Shown here: positions 40,011 through 49,386 of the stretch, piece after piece | Layout: every line of letters begins with the position of its first letter | Position numbering within the stretch: position 1 is the first letter of the stretch | NCBI GenBank assembly: GCA_049320885.1 | Contig: JBMORA010000012.1 | Location: 32,001-96,000, forward strand | Direction: 5' to 3' | From: Thermodesulfobacteriota bacterium | GTDB lineage: Bacteria > Desulfobacterota > Desulfobacteria > Desulfobacterales > SURF-7 | DNA length: 64,000 nt | The notes under the pieces: model-generated | Database searches by the model: none | Told to the model about the DNA's origin: nothing | What the model saw: the letters and a program-made list of their open reading frames with translations, nothing else | Made by a program: the position numbers and the translations under genes

Positions 40011-40775
40011 ATGAAGCTCGAATTCGGATTTGACGGAAAAATCGCTCTGGTAACCGGCGCCAGCCGGGGTATCGGCGAATCCATCGCCAGGACCCTGGCC
40101 GGTCACGGCGCCGAGGTGATCCTGAGCAGCCGCAAGGTGGAAGGATTGCGGGAAGTGGAGGAAAAAATCAAGTCGGAAGGCGGCAAGGCGGTTGCCATTG
40201 CCTGCCACAATGGCAAACTGGATGAAATCGAACGCCTGTTTTCGGAGATCCGGTCCCGCTATGGCCGCCTGGACATCCTGGTCAACAACGCCGCGACCAA
40301 TTTTTATTTCGGTGATGTACTCAATGCAACGGAGAGCGCCTGGGACAAAACCCTGGAGGTGAATTTAAAAGGATATTTCTTCATGAGCCAGCATGCGGCG
40401 AAACTGATGATGGAAAAAGGCGGCGGCTGTATCGTGAACGTGGCCTCCATCAACGCCGTCAAGCCGGCTCCCCTGCAGGGAATTTATTCCATCACCAAGG
40501 CCGGGGTGGTGGCCATGACCAAGTCCTTTGCCAAGGAACTGGCGCCGTTTCACATCCGGGTCAATGCCCTGCTGCCAGGCCTTACGGACACCAAGTTTTC
40601 CTCCGTGATGGTGAAAAACGAGGACATCATGGAAAAGGTGATTCTGCCCACCATTCCCATGCACCGGGCGGCCCAACCAGAGGAGATGGCCGGGGCGGTG
40701 CTCTATCTGGCAAGCGACGCGGCTTCCTTTACCACCGGCGCCACCCTGGTGGTGGACGGCGGCGCGCTGGCGTAA
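40011..40775 (+). CDS. short-chain dehydrogenase/reductase
   Basis: TGASRGIG, NNAA, YSITK (YxxxK), VDGG. Confidence 0.95.
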   Translation: MKLEFGFDGKIALVTGASRGIGESIARTLAGHGAEVILSSRKVEGLREVEEKIKSEGGKAVAIACHNGKLDEIERLFSEIRSRYGRLDILVNNAATNFYFGDVLNATESAWDKTLEVNLKGYFFMSQHAAKLMMEKGGGCIVNVASINAVKPAPLQGIYSITKAGVVAMTKSFAKELAPFHIRVNALLPGLTDTKFSSVMVKNEDIMEKVILPTIPMHRAAQPEEMAGAVLYLASDAASFTTGATLVVDGGALA

Positions 40776-40851
40776 CCGAAACAGGCTCGATTCCACGCCG
40801 ATACCGCGACTGGACGGTCACATGTCGCGGGTAAACACTGTTGCCATGGGG

Positions 40852-41022
40852 TTATCCGCAGGTCGGAAAAGACCGCCCGGCGTTTTCGAGACCTTTTTCA
40901 GCCGGTTTGTCTTCGCCGGAAGTATGCTGACGAGTGGGGGTGCCGGTTTCGGGATTCTGGAACCGGGTGCAGATTTCCTTGGCGATGAGCCGCCAGATCG
41001 TGTTGGCTACCTGTTGATTCAT
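40852..41022 (-). CDS. small hypothetical protein (56 aa, MNQQVANTIWRLIAKEIC...)
   Basis: GGAG RBS 6 nt before the ATG; preceded by a sigma54-type promoter; fills an otherwise empty gap. Confidence 0.45.
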   Translation of the reverse strand: MNQQVANTIWRLIAKEICTRFQNPETGTPTRQHTSGEDKPAEKGLENAGRSFPTCG

Positions 41023-41074
41023 CGGTCGCTCCAATCCAAAAAAGGGTCCTGTCAAATCCTTCCCCCCTGGCTTT

Positions 41075-41090
41075 TGCCAAAGCTGTGCCA
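41075..41090 (-). promoter_or_regulatory. sigma54 -24/-12 promoter
   Basis: Minus strand TGGCACAGCTTTGGCA (GG-N10-GC), with an AT-rich tract upstream (41100-41140). Confidence 0.6.
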
Positions 41091-41201
41091 ATCCGGCCGT
41101 ATGGTTTTAACTGTATGATAAGATAGTAATAATCAACGGAAGATGCCGTTCCGGCAACCCCTGGCAAGCGGCACCTTTTTCCCTGACCGGGCAAGATGGT
41201 T

Positions 41202-42038
41202 CTATTCGAAAGGGTTTTTCCCCTGGCGGTGATAGAAGACCCGTTCCAGGGACTGGACAGCGCTGTCGAGCAGGAATCCGAGCAATCCGATGGAAATGAC
41301 CGTGGCCATGAGACGGTCATACTCGAGGGTGTCCCGGGCGTCATTGATGATATAGCCGAGGCCGCTGGTGACTCCCATGTATTCGGCCGGCACGAGGACG
41401 ATCCAGGCAACGCCGATGGAAAGCCGCAGACTGGTGAAAATATGGGGGACGGAGGCCGGCAACAGAATCCGGGTGATGAGCTGGAAGTTGTCGGCGCCCT
41501 GGTTACGGGCCATGTGAATCCATTGGGGATTGACATTCGCGACACCACTGACGGTGTTCAGCAGGATCGGCCAGACCGTCGCCATGGTCACCAGAAAAAT
41601 GATGGCGGAGTCGAACCGGAGGAAGACTAGCAAAGCGATGGGCATCCAGGCAAGGGGGCTGATCATGCGCAGGAACTGGACCGGGACGGCGGTGAGCAGA
41701 CGCAGACGGGAATAGAAACCGATGAGAAGACCGCCGGGAAGCCCGATCAGAAAGGCGTAACCGATGCCGGCTGTCACCCGCGTCAGACTGGCGCCGACGG
41801 AGTTCCAATAGACGGAGCTGAGGACCATTTTGGACAGGGCTTTCAACGTGGGAAGCGGCATGAATCCGTCGAACTGTTCATACTCCGGCATACGGAAGAT
41901 GATTTGGCCCATCAGGGCCCAGATCAGGACCAGGAGCGCCATGCCGGCCAGTTTCAGGGGCAGGCCGGGGAACCGGCGGACTTCCCCCCTGTTTGCTTTC
42001 GTCGGTTCGGTTTTTCCGTCCGTTTCCCGGAAATTCAT
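41202..42038 (-). CDS. NitT/TauT-family ABC permease
   Basis: LRMISPLAWMP, EAA-like loop MARNQGA, VPAEYMG..GLGY. Confidence 0.92.
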   Translation of the reverse strand: MNFRETDGKTEPTKANRGEVRRFPGLPLKLAGMALLVLIWALMGQIIFRMPEYEQFDGFMPLPTLKALSKMVLSSVYWNSVGASLTRVTAGIGYAFLIGLPGGLLIGFYSRLRLLTAVPVQFLRMISPLAWMPIALLVFLRFDSAIIFLVTMATVWPILLNTVSGVANVNPQWIHMARNQGADNFQLITRILLPASVPHIFTSLRLSIGVAWIVLVPAEYMGVTSGLGYIINDARDTLEYDRLMATVISIGLLGFLLDSAVQSLERVFYHRQGKNPFE

Positions 42039-43273
42039 GGGCTGACTATCTCCTCCCGTTCCCAGGGGTTCCGGGGATCGGCCTGACCGAACTTGGCGAG
42101 TCCCCCGGCCTGCAAAACCGCTTTGGTGACATAGCGGAGGTCCGTCAGATCCCGGGCGGCGAAATCAGGATCCAACGACTGCAGAAACGTGGCGTCGCCT
42201 TCCATCAGGGTCTGTTTCATCGCGTTGACGATGAACCGGGTGGCGGACGGATAGGGATAGGGCTGGAAATCGATCCGCCGCATGTTCCATTGCGGGTGGC
42301 GGATGGCCCGGGGAACCGCGTTGCCTCCGTACACGTTGATGTCGTATCCCGTGAAAGCGCGGAGCAGGATGTCCTTGGGCACGGGAAGATAACCACGGCC
42401 TTCCCGGCTGAGGAGTTCCGCCGCCTTCTCCCGGTTGTTCACCATCCAGAGCTGGGCCCTGACAACGGCATTGACGGCTTTCTGGCAGCGGGCTTCCTGG
42501 CGGGGGCCTCTTGCTTCTTTCATCACCACCACGCAGCAGGGATGGTTTTTCCAGATATCGCCGGTGAAGCGCATGATCCTGGCGTCGGTTCGCATTTCGG
42601 CAATGGCATTGAACGGTTCCGCGACGATATAGGCGTCGATTTTTCGTCCCGCCAGGGCGGCCGGCATTTCCGCAGGGGGCAGGATCATCAGGTCCACCCG
42701 GCCGGCCACCGGAGAAGCGGGATTACGGATGACCGGTGTCAGACCGGCCCTCCGGAGGCCCGTCTGCAGAATGATATTGTGCATGGAATACCAGTAGGGC
42801 ACGGCGATGCGCCTGTTCCGGAAGTCGCTGAATTCGCGGATTCCGGAGTCGCGGTGGACGGTGATGGCGCTGCCGTTGGTATGATCCCAGGCCAGCATTT
42901 TGACGGGCATTCGGTTTTTGTAACGCATCCAGACGGGCATGGGCAGGAGCATGTGGGTCAGATCGAACTTGCCGGTCAGGAAGGATTCGGCCAGAGTGGA
43001 CCAGCTGCGCACCTGCAGCGGTTGCGCCACCGTGAGCCCCTCGTCGGCGAAATACCCCCTGGCATGGGCCACGAGCAGCGGGGCGGCGTCCGTGATGGGC
43101 AGGTACCCGATCCGGAGGGAAGTATCTTCCGTTCCGGCCACGGCCGGGGACCGCAGGAAAAGGCTGCTCGCCGCCAGGGAGGCGCCCACCGAGGTTGACA
43201 GGAATTCCCGTCGATTCATGGGGCGTGTCGCCATGGCTGCTGGAGAGGCTGGTTTGGTATTCGTTATATCCAT
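42035..43273 (-). CDS. NrtA/CmpA-like ABC substrate-binding protein with Tat signal
   Basis: NRREFL Tat motif; IGYLPITDAAPL, AEPFN, HPCCV. Confidence 0.88.
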   Translation of the reverse strand: MDITNTKPASPAAMATRPMNRREFLSTSVGASLAASSLFLRSPAVAGTEDTSLRIGYLPITDAAPLLVAHARGYFADEGLTVAQPLQVRSWSTLAESFLTGKFDLTHMLLPMPVWMRYKNRMPVKMLAWDHTNGSAITVHRDSGIREFSDFRNRRIAVPYWYSMHNIILQTGLRRAGLTPVIRNPASPVAGRVDLMILPPAEMPAALAGRKIDAYIVAEPFNAIAEMRTDARIMRFTGDIWKNHPCCVVVMKEARGPRQEARCQKAVNAVVRAQLWMVNNREKAAELLSREGRGYLPVPKDILLRAFTGYDINVYGGNAVPRAIRHPQWNMRRIDFQPYPYPSATRFIVNAMKQTLMEGDATFLQSLDPDFAARDLTDLRYVTKAVLQAGGLAKFGQADPRNPWEREEIVSP

Positions 43274-43285
43274 TATGGGCGCGGC

Positions 43286-44041
43286 TTAGGGTGTCGGCAT
43301 CAATAATTTTTTGAATTTGAATAAAATATCCGTCTTTTTATGAAAAAACGTCTCGTCGGTCAATTGGCGGGGATAGGTCATGTCAATGGCAATGATGTCT
43401 TTGATGCGGCTGGGCCGATCCCCCAGCAGCACGACTTTCTGGCCCAGCAGGATGGCTTCGTCGATATCGTGGGTGACGAAGACGGCCGTGAATTTTTCAC
43501 TGAGCCAGATATTGATCAACTCTTCCTGGAGTCTGGTGCGGGTGATGGTGTCCAGGGCGCTGAAGGGTTCGTCGAGGAGGAACACATCCGGATGGCCGAT
43601 GAGGGCCCGGGCCAGGGAAACCCGGTAGGCCATGCCCACGGATAGTTCCAGGGGGCGGTTCTTTTCGAATCCGGACAAGCCGACGATTTCAATGAACTGT
43701 TTGACCCGGTAGTCCAGGTTGTCCAGGTCTTTTCTGAGCTTGCAGCCGAAGGCGATGTTCTCCTCCACGTTCAGCCAGGGCAGCAGACTGGGCTGCTGAA
43801 ACAGAAACGAGACGGCGGGGTCGGGACCGGTCACGGGCCTGCCGTTGACCCGGACCATGCCGGAGGTGGCCGGAATGAACCCGGCGATGATGTTCAGCAG
43901 GGTCGATTTGCCGCAGCCGGACTCCCCGATGATCATGACGAAATCCCCCTGCCGGACGGTGAGGTCGATGTCGCTCAGCACCTGATGGACCTTGCCGTCC
44001 GCCGTGCGATAGGTTTTGTGCAGCCGCTCCACTTGAATCAT
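43286..44041 (-). CDS. NitT/TauT-family ABC ATP-binding protein
   Basis: GESGCGKST, LLPWL, LSVGM, LLDEPF, VTHD. Confidence 0.93.
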   Translation of the reverse strand: MIQVERLHKTYRTADGKVHQVLSDIDLTVRQGDFVMIIGESGCGKSTLLNIIAGFIPATSGMVRVNGRPVTGPDPAVSFLFQQPSLLPWLNVEENIAFGCKLRKDLDNLDYRVKQFIEIVGLSGFEKNRPLELSVGMAYRVSLARALIGHPDVFLLDEPFSALDTITRTRLQEELINIWLSEKFTAVFVTHDIDEAILLGQKVVLLGDRPSRIKDIIAIDMTYPRQLTDETFFHKKTDILFKFKKLLMPTP

Positions 44042-44134
44042 GATCGTGACCGGATGAGGGTTGCCGGGATTTCACCTGCATCTTTTTCGGATTGTTCACC
44101 AAACGGCAGGGCGTAAGAACCAGGTAACAAACAA

Positions 44135-44164
44135 ATTATATCCCAACAGAACCCTCCGCGTCAA
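44135..44164 (-). promoter_or_regulatory. sigma70 promoter of the ABC importer operon
   Basis: Minus strand TTGACG-N18-TATAAT. Confidence 0.65.
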
Positions 44165-44275
44165 ATGTTCCGGGAACCGGGGTGAGCCGGGAAGCTGGTT
44201 GCGGCAGGGAAGAAATGTCGCTTTTTTCAACCGAAGATCCTGGAAGCGTCCTGATGGCGTTTGAAAGACAGACCA

Positions 44276-45520
44276 TCAGGTCCGGCTGAGGAAACGGAGA
44301 GTCCCCTGGGCGGCGGCGAAGGCGCTGGACCAGGCCCATTGCAGGTTATAGCCGCCGATGGGGCCGTCCACGTCCAGCACCTCGCCGGCGAAAAACAGGC
44401 CCGGGACGATCCGGGATTCCAGGGTGTTGGGGGTCACCTCGGCCAGATCCACGCCGCCGGCGGTCACTTCCGCCTTGCCGAAGCCCATGGCGCCGCTGAC
44501 GGGCAGGGGGCATTCGAGCAATTGAAGGATGCAGGCATCGCGCTGATGTTTCGCAAGCTGCCCCAGGACGGGGGAATTTCCCAGGCCGGATTTTTCCAGG
44601 AGAACCTGGGCCAGCCGGCCGGGCAGGCGCTCGGCAAGCCAGGTTTTCAGGGTCTGCCGCGGATGCTCTCGGGCAGTTTGAAGGATGCTTTCTTTTATGG
44701 CGGCGGCGCTTTCCCCGGGCAGGAAATTGACCCGGACCCATCGATTGCGGTTGTGAATCCAATGCCGGCTGATATTCAACGCGCACGGACCGCTATAGCC
44801 CTTGTGGGTGAAAAGCAGCGGGCCTTCGGCCCGCAACTGGCGGCCGGCGTCGTCCTCGAGCCACAGGCGGCAGGGCAGGGTGATACCGGCCAGGCTTTTC
44901 CAGTCCGCATCGTCGGTGAGCAGCGGCGTCAGGGCCGGCGTCGGTGGAACAATGGTATGACCCAGGGCGCCGGCCAGGGCGAATCCGGAGCCGTCGCTCC
45001 CGGTTCGCGGATGGGAAGAGCCGCCCGGACACAACAAAACCGATCTGCCAAAATAGTGGGCCTGATCGCAGACAATTCGGAATATTTTTTTCTCCGCGTG
45101 GATCTCCCTGACTTTGCTGGCGGTCCGCAGGTCGACGTTTTTCGGCAGCTGGCGCAGGAGGCTTTCCAGAACGGTTGCGGCGGACTGGGTGACGGGGAAC
45201 AGGTTGCCGCCTGCGTCGGCCCGGGTGGTCACGCCGATCCGCTGAAAGAAATCCATTGTTTTCGAAGCGGAAAAGGCAGCGAGAATATGTTTCACGGTGC
45301 GCGGGTGACGGCAGTTGAAATCCCGGTAATCGACGGTGGCATGACTGATATTGCATCTCCCGCCGCCGGTGATGAGCAGCTTCCGGCCGGGTTTGTCCTT
45401 GCCTTCCAGCAGCAGGACCGCCGGCGCACCCCGGCCGCAGAAACCCGCCGCCAGCAATCCGGCGGCGCCGGCGCCGATGATGATGACGTCGTATGGTCGT
45501 TTGTGGTCAGTCGCGCGCAA
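44276..45520 (-). CDS. HI0933/YhiN (BaiN-like) family flavoprotein
   Basis: GAGAAG, GRKLLITGGGRCN, LFTHKGYSGP, VTAGGV, GGYNLQWAWSS. Confidence 0.93.
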   Translation of the reverse strand: MRATDHKRPYDVIIIGAGAAGLLAAGFCGRGAPAVLLLEGKDKPGRKLLITGGGRCNISHATVDYRDFNCRHPRTVKHILAAFSASKTMDFFQRIGVTTRADAGGNLFPVTQSAATVLESLLRQLPKNVDLRTASKVREIHAEKKIFRIVCDQAHYFGRSVLLCPGGSSHPRTGSDGSGFALAGALGHTIVPPTPALTPLLTDDADWKSLAGITLPCRLWLEDDAGRQLRAEGPLLFTHKGYSGPCALNISRHWIHNRNRWVRVNFLPGESAAAIKESILQTAREHPRQTLKTWLAERLPGRLAQVLLEKSGLGNSPVLGQLAKHQRDACILQLLECPLPVSGAMGFGKAEVTAGGVDLAEVTPNTLESRIVPGLFFAGEVLDVDGPIGGYNLQWAWSSAFAAAQGTLRFLSRT

Positions 45521-45693
45521 TTCGATTTTTCCTTGGAACCCGGCTCCGATCCCTCAGGATCCCCAGGATCCCGAAGGTATCCCTATCACAATTTGATGAA
45601 GGGCAAAAGCAGGATTGCATGCGGAATCGGCTTGACGAATCGTGAATTTGTGGCAAAACGAATTTGCACAAGTAACCAAGGGGAGGTCGGACA

Positions 45694-46389
45694 TTGCCCA
45701 AGCCGTTTCAAATCATCGAGAGTATCGCGACAAATGAGGGGTTGCTGGAGCTGCGCGGGCGCGGGGAGAAGGAATTCGTCATCACCGTGGCCGGCCGGGT
45801 GCTCATGAACAGCCGGGCCCACCAGTCCGAGGCGGCTCTTGGCCGCCTGGCCTGCGGGCATCTTGGAAACCGCACCGCACCGCGGGTCCTGGTGGGCGGC
45901 CTGGGCATGGGGTTCACCCTGCGGGCCGTACTGGACCATCTGCCGGCTTCGGCCCGGGTGACAGTGGCGGAGTTGAATCCGGCGGTGCTGGACTGGTGCC
46001 GCGGTCCGCTGGCCGGCCTGACGCATGCCGCCGTGGACGATCCGCGGGTGAACGTGGAAATCGGCGATGTGGCCCTGCTGATCCGCAATGCCGCCCGGGA
46101 TGCCCGGACGCCGAAATACGACGCCATCGTGCTGGATCTGTATAACGGTCCCTATTCCGGGGTTTCCCATCAGGAAGATCCGTTGTTCGGGAAAACCGCC
46201 CTCGACAATGCCAGGGCCGCGCTGGCGCCCGGCGGGATTTTCGCGGTCTGGGGCGAGGATTACGACGCCGGGTTCGAAAAACGGCTGCGGGCCGCCGGCT
46301 TTGCGGTGTCCGTCAGCCGGGAAGGCCGCGGCGGTCCCCGGCATGTGGTTTACCTGGGCCGGATGAGGATGGATTGGAAACGATCATGA
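45694..46389 (+). CDS. spermidine synthase-like SAM-dependent transferase
   Basis: VLVGGLGMGFTL, AELNP, DAIVLDLYNGP; TTG start after GGAGG. Confidence 0.85.
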   Translation: MPKPFQIIESIATNEGLLELRGRGEKEFVITVAGRVLMNSRAHQSEAALGRLACGHLGNRTAPRVLVGGLGMGFTLRAVLDHLPASARVTVAELNPAVLDWCRGPLAGLTHAAVDDPRVNVEIGDVALLIRNAARDARTPKYDAIVLDLYNGPYSGVSHQEDPLFGKTALDNARAALAPGGIFAVWGEDYDAGFEKRLRAAGFAVSVSREGRGGPRHVVYLGRMRMDWKRS

Positions 46390-46426
46390 TGTGTCTCAAC
46401 ATTCGCTGCTGGTTTCCGGAAATCAA

Positions 46427-46819
46427 ATGAAAACGGTATGGTTTTATGCGGCTGCCTGGGTCGGCATGATTCCGCTGGCCATTGTCAACGGGGTGATCCG
46501 GGAGAAGGCTTACGGGAAATTCATGGACGAACTGACGGCCCACCAGGTTTCGACGGTCATCGCCATCGGCCTGTTCGGCATCTATATCTGGGTGCTCACC
46601 GGAATCCGGCGGCTGGAGTCCTCCGGTCAGGCCCTGGCCGTGGGCGGTCTCTGGCTGGTCATGACCATGGCGTTTGAATTCGGTTTCGGGCATTACGTCA
46701 TGGGCCATTCCTGGAGCCGGCTCCTTCACGATTACAACCTGTTCAGGGGCCGGGTCTGGTCCCTGGTGCTGGTCTGGATGACCGTGGCCCCGTATTTGTA
46801 TTACCGGATTCGGGGATAG
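46427..46819 (+). CDS. hypothetical integral membrane protein
   Basis: About four TM segments; NG.IRE, AHQ.ST and FEF.FGHY pattern. Confidence 0.8.
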   Translation: MKTVWFYAAAWVGMIPLAIVNGVIREKAYGKFMDELTAHQVSTVIAIGLFGIYIWVLTGIRRLESSGQALAVGGLWLVMTMAFEFGFGHYVMGHSWSRLLHDYNLFRGRVWSLVLVWMTVAPYLYYRIRG

Positions 46820-46832
46820 CCGGACGGAACCA

Positions 46833-48368
46833 TCAGGCGATTCCGCTGCCTCTTTCCGGTTCCAGCATTTCCAGATCCAGCATCCGGGCCGGCAGTTCCG
46901 GTATTCGGCTGAGCGCGCGACGCCGGAAAGGACTATACAGCAGCTTGAAGATGTCGAACAGTTTCATGTAGCGACCAAAGGAACGAATCAGGTTGAATGT
47001 CTGAATCGGACGGCCGAAGATCCGCCTGGCAAACAACAATACGTAGCCCTTCATTCTGGAACGGTTTACCACATCGCTGGGCAGGATGGTGGGATCGATA
47101 TCGCTGCACTTGAACCATTTTTCCCAGTCGCGATCATCATCGATGATTCCGCGGTCGATATATTCCTGCCATAACGGAGTCCCCCGGTACACACATAGGC
47201 GGTTAAACCCGAAGGTGTCGAGCTTCAGGCGGGCCGCGAACCGAAAACTTTCCATGATATCCTGTCTGGTTTCACCGGGAGTCCCGATCAGAAAAAATCC
47301 GTGGGTCCTTTCAATCCCATGACGCTTGGCCTCGCTGACGGCAAATTCGATCTGTTCCAGGGTTTGATGTTTTTTCAACCGGTCCAGGACCTTCTGGGTG
47401 CCGGCTTCGATACCGTAGGCCAGAAACGTGCAGCCGGCCTTGCTCATGATCGGCAGCTGATCGATGCCGACCGAATCGACCCGGCCTTCGCAGCCCCAGT
47501 GAAAATGAAGCCCGCGTTCGATGATGCCGTTGCAGATAGCGCCGATACGGTTGCGCTTCATCAGAAAATGGTCATCGGTGAAATAGATCGAACGGTAACC
47601 GGAATCATCGAGCTGCTGCAATTCGCCCAGGATGTGTTCCGGTGACCGGCTGCGCCACTTGGAATTGGATAGGGAAGGGATATCGCAATAAATGCATTCG
47701 TATGGGCAACCCCGGGAAGTCTGGACCGTGCAGAATTTTTCCAGGGAAAGAACGGCCGGGACATCCAGGGGCAAGGATTCGATGTAATCGATGGGCAGGG
47801 ATGTGCGGTCCGGATAGGGAAACTGATCCAGGTCCCACTCCAGGGGGCGCGGCGGGTTGTGCACAATTTCATCGCCGTTTCGCCAGACCAGTCCGGCCAC
47901 GACGGCGGGGTTATCGATATGGTCCAGGTAATCCGGCAGGAGTTTTTCCCCTTCTCCCACACCGATACAGTCCGCATGGATACAATCCCGCATGATGTGA
48001 TCCGCATTCAGGGAGGCGAAAACGCCCCCGAGAATGATCAGGCTGTCCGGAACCGAATTCTTCAGCTTTTCCGCCAATCGTTTGGTCGCGGGATAGGTGG
48101 TTGTGGAAAGGAACGAGAGGGCGATGACTTCCGGACGATCTTCCCCGGCCGCCTGCGCAATGTGTTCTGCCTTCATGCACGGATGGCAGGTGTCGAACAT
48201 TCTGACCACATGGCCGTGCTGACGCACCACCGGAGCGAGGGTTTCGATGCCGAGGGGCGGGAAGGCCATCACTTTGACGCGTTCTTCCCCCGGCCGGGAT
48301 CCGCCCAATTCCACCGGGAGCAGTTGATAATAATTATCGTCCCGGACGTACACCATGAATATATTCAT
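46833..48368 (-). CDS. B12-binding radical SAM protein
   Basis: FPPLGIETLA..GGVF..GEGE; TSRGCPYECIYC; GAGG RBS. Confidence 0.92.
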   Translation of the reverse strand: MNIFMVYVRDDNYYQLLPVELGGSRPGEERVKVMAFPPLGIETLAPVVRQHGHVVRMFDTCHPCMKAEHIAQAAGEDRPEVIALSFLSTTTYPATKRLAEKLKNSVPDSLIILGGVFASLNADHIMRDCIHADCIGVGEGEKLLPDYLDHIDNPAVVAGLVWRNGDEIVHNPPRPLEWDLDQFPYPDRTSLPIDYIESLPLDVPAVLSLEKFCTVQTSRGCPYECIYCDIPSLSNSKWRSRSPEHILGELQQLDDSGYRSIYFTDDHFLMKRNRIGAICNGIIERGLHFHWGCEGRVDSVGIDQLPIMSKAGCTFLAYGIEAGTQKVLDRLKKHQTLEQIEFAVSEAKRHGIERTHGFFLIGTPGETRQDIMESFRFAARLKLDTFGFNRLCVYRGTPLWQEYIDRGIIDDDRDWEKWFKCSDIDPTILPSDVVNRSRMKGYVLLFARRIFGRPIQTFNLIRSFGRYMKLFDIFKLLYSPFRRRALSRIPELPARMLDLEMLEPERGSGIA

Positions 48369-48438
48369 TTAGACCTCTCTTTTGATTATTTTTCTGATCC
48401 TAAAACATATCCTGACATTGTGATATAGCTGAATCGGC

Positions 48439-48456
48439 TTTTACAAATGTTTTACA
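48439..48456 (-). promoter_or_regulatory. direct-repeat regulator box TGTAAAA-N4-TGTAAAA (copy 2)
   Basis: Plus strand TTTTACAAATGTTTTACA; matches 34025-34042. Confidence 0.65.
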
Positions 48457-48649
48457 CATGGCGCTGGTGATTGCCGCGGAAAGAAAAGAATTCGCTTGCT
48501 ATCGATATGAAACGTGATATTGTCGAAAGATCGATCGCGTTTTGCCTTTGTGTGCAGGACGTTTCTATTCTGAAGGAAAACTCATTTGTTTCGTGATGAC
48601 ATCCTCCAGTTTACGATTTTGAGAATTTCACGGAAAGGAGGGTGCTATC

Positions 48650-48850
48650 ATGACAAAAGGAACAGTTAAGTGGTTTAACGGTCAAAAAGGATTCGGGTTC
48701 ATTGAGCAGGAAAACGGTCCGGATGTATTTGTTCATCATTCGGCGATCAATTCCAGCGGTTTTCGAAGCCTCAATGAAGGCGACAGCGTTACCTTTGACA
48801 TCGAGCAGGGCCAAAAAGGTCCTGCCGCAGTCAATGTTACGGTGATGTAA
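48650..48850 (+). CDS. cold-shock protein (CspA family)
   Basis: GTVKWFN..KGFGFI (RNP1) and DVFVHHS (RNP2); AGGAGG RBS. Confidence 0.97.
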   Translation: MTKGTVKWFNGQKGFGFIEQENGPDVFVHHSAINSSGFRSLNEGDSVTFDIEQGQKGPAAVNVTVM

Positions 48851-48872
48851 CTTCTTGTAACCATGCAAGAGC

Positions 48873-48913
48873 GGGCATTCCTTCGCCAGGGCGACGGAAT
48901 GCCCCTTTTTTTT
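48873..48913 (+). terminator. intrinsic terminator after the csp gene
   Basis: GGGCATTCC...GGAATGCCC stem followed by T8. Confidence 0.85.
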
Positions 48914-48955
48914 CCGCCTGGATGGCTGGGGCATTCCAGGGTTTATGGGGGAAAT

Positions 48956-49231
48956 ATGGAACAATCAGAAGGCATTGAATTCGAGGTGGGCCAAAAATAC
49001 ACCAATGAAAAGGGCGTCTTCACGGTGGTTTCCATTGCCGGCGATCAGATCGTGATCGAGTTTGAGGATGGCGAACAGATTTCGAGCGAGATCGCTTTTC
49101 AACGTCGGATTCAGGAACGGCGTCGGTGGGAATCGATACAGCTGGAGAAAAAGAAAACGGCGGCTGCCCCGAAAGTCCGACGCGCGTCTGCAAAAAAAAC
49201 ACCAAAGACTTCTCCGGATCCGACAGCATAA
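48956..49231 (+). CDS. hypothetical protein (small beta-rich domain plus basic tail)
   Basis: GGGGG RBS; FEVGQKY..KGVFTVVSI.GD.IVIEFEDG resembles an SH3/Tudor-like barrel. Confidence 0.7.
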   Translation: MEQSEGIEFEVGQKYTNEKGVFTVVSIAGDQIVIEFEDGEQISSEIAFQRRIQERRRWESIQLEKKKTAAAPKVRRASAKKTPKTSPDPTA

Positions 49232-49386
49232 ATTCCTGTCGTGCCGATTCAGCGCCGGATCGCACCGCACCTAATCCAGTCCTGTCCAGAACCAATTCCG
49301 CACGCGATAACAGAACTGCGCCTGACCTTCAGCCCGGTCGGTACGCCGGTTGAGAGGCGGCCCGATTTCCTGACTTGATACGGTAA

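Noticed and set aside
44261..45808. Long antisense ORFs (here and e.g. 51468-53111, 24730-26250, 13817-15160, 38580-39878)
   Set aside because: They are shadow ORFs opposite well-supported genes, expected from GC-rich codon bias, and show no recognisable motifs
48369..48649. Cobalamin riboswitch upstream of the B12-radical SAM genes
   Set aside because: No B12-box or conserved core was recognisable here or upstream of the other three genes; an Infernal search would be needed to exclude it fully
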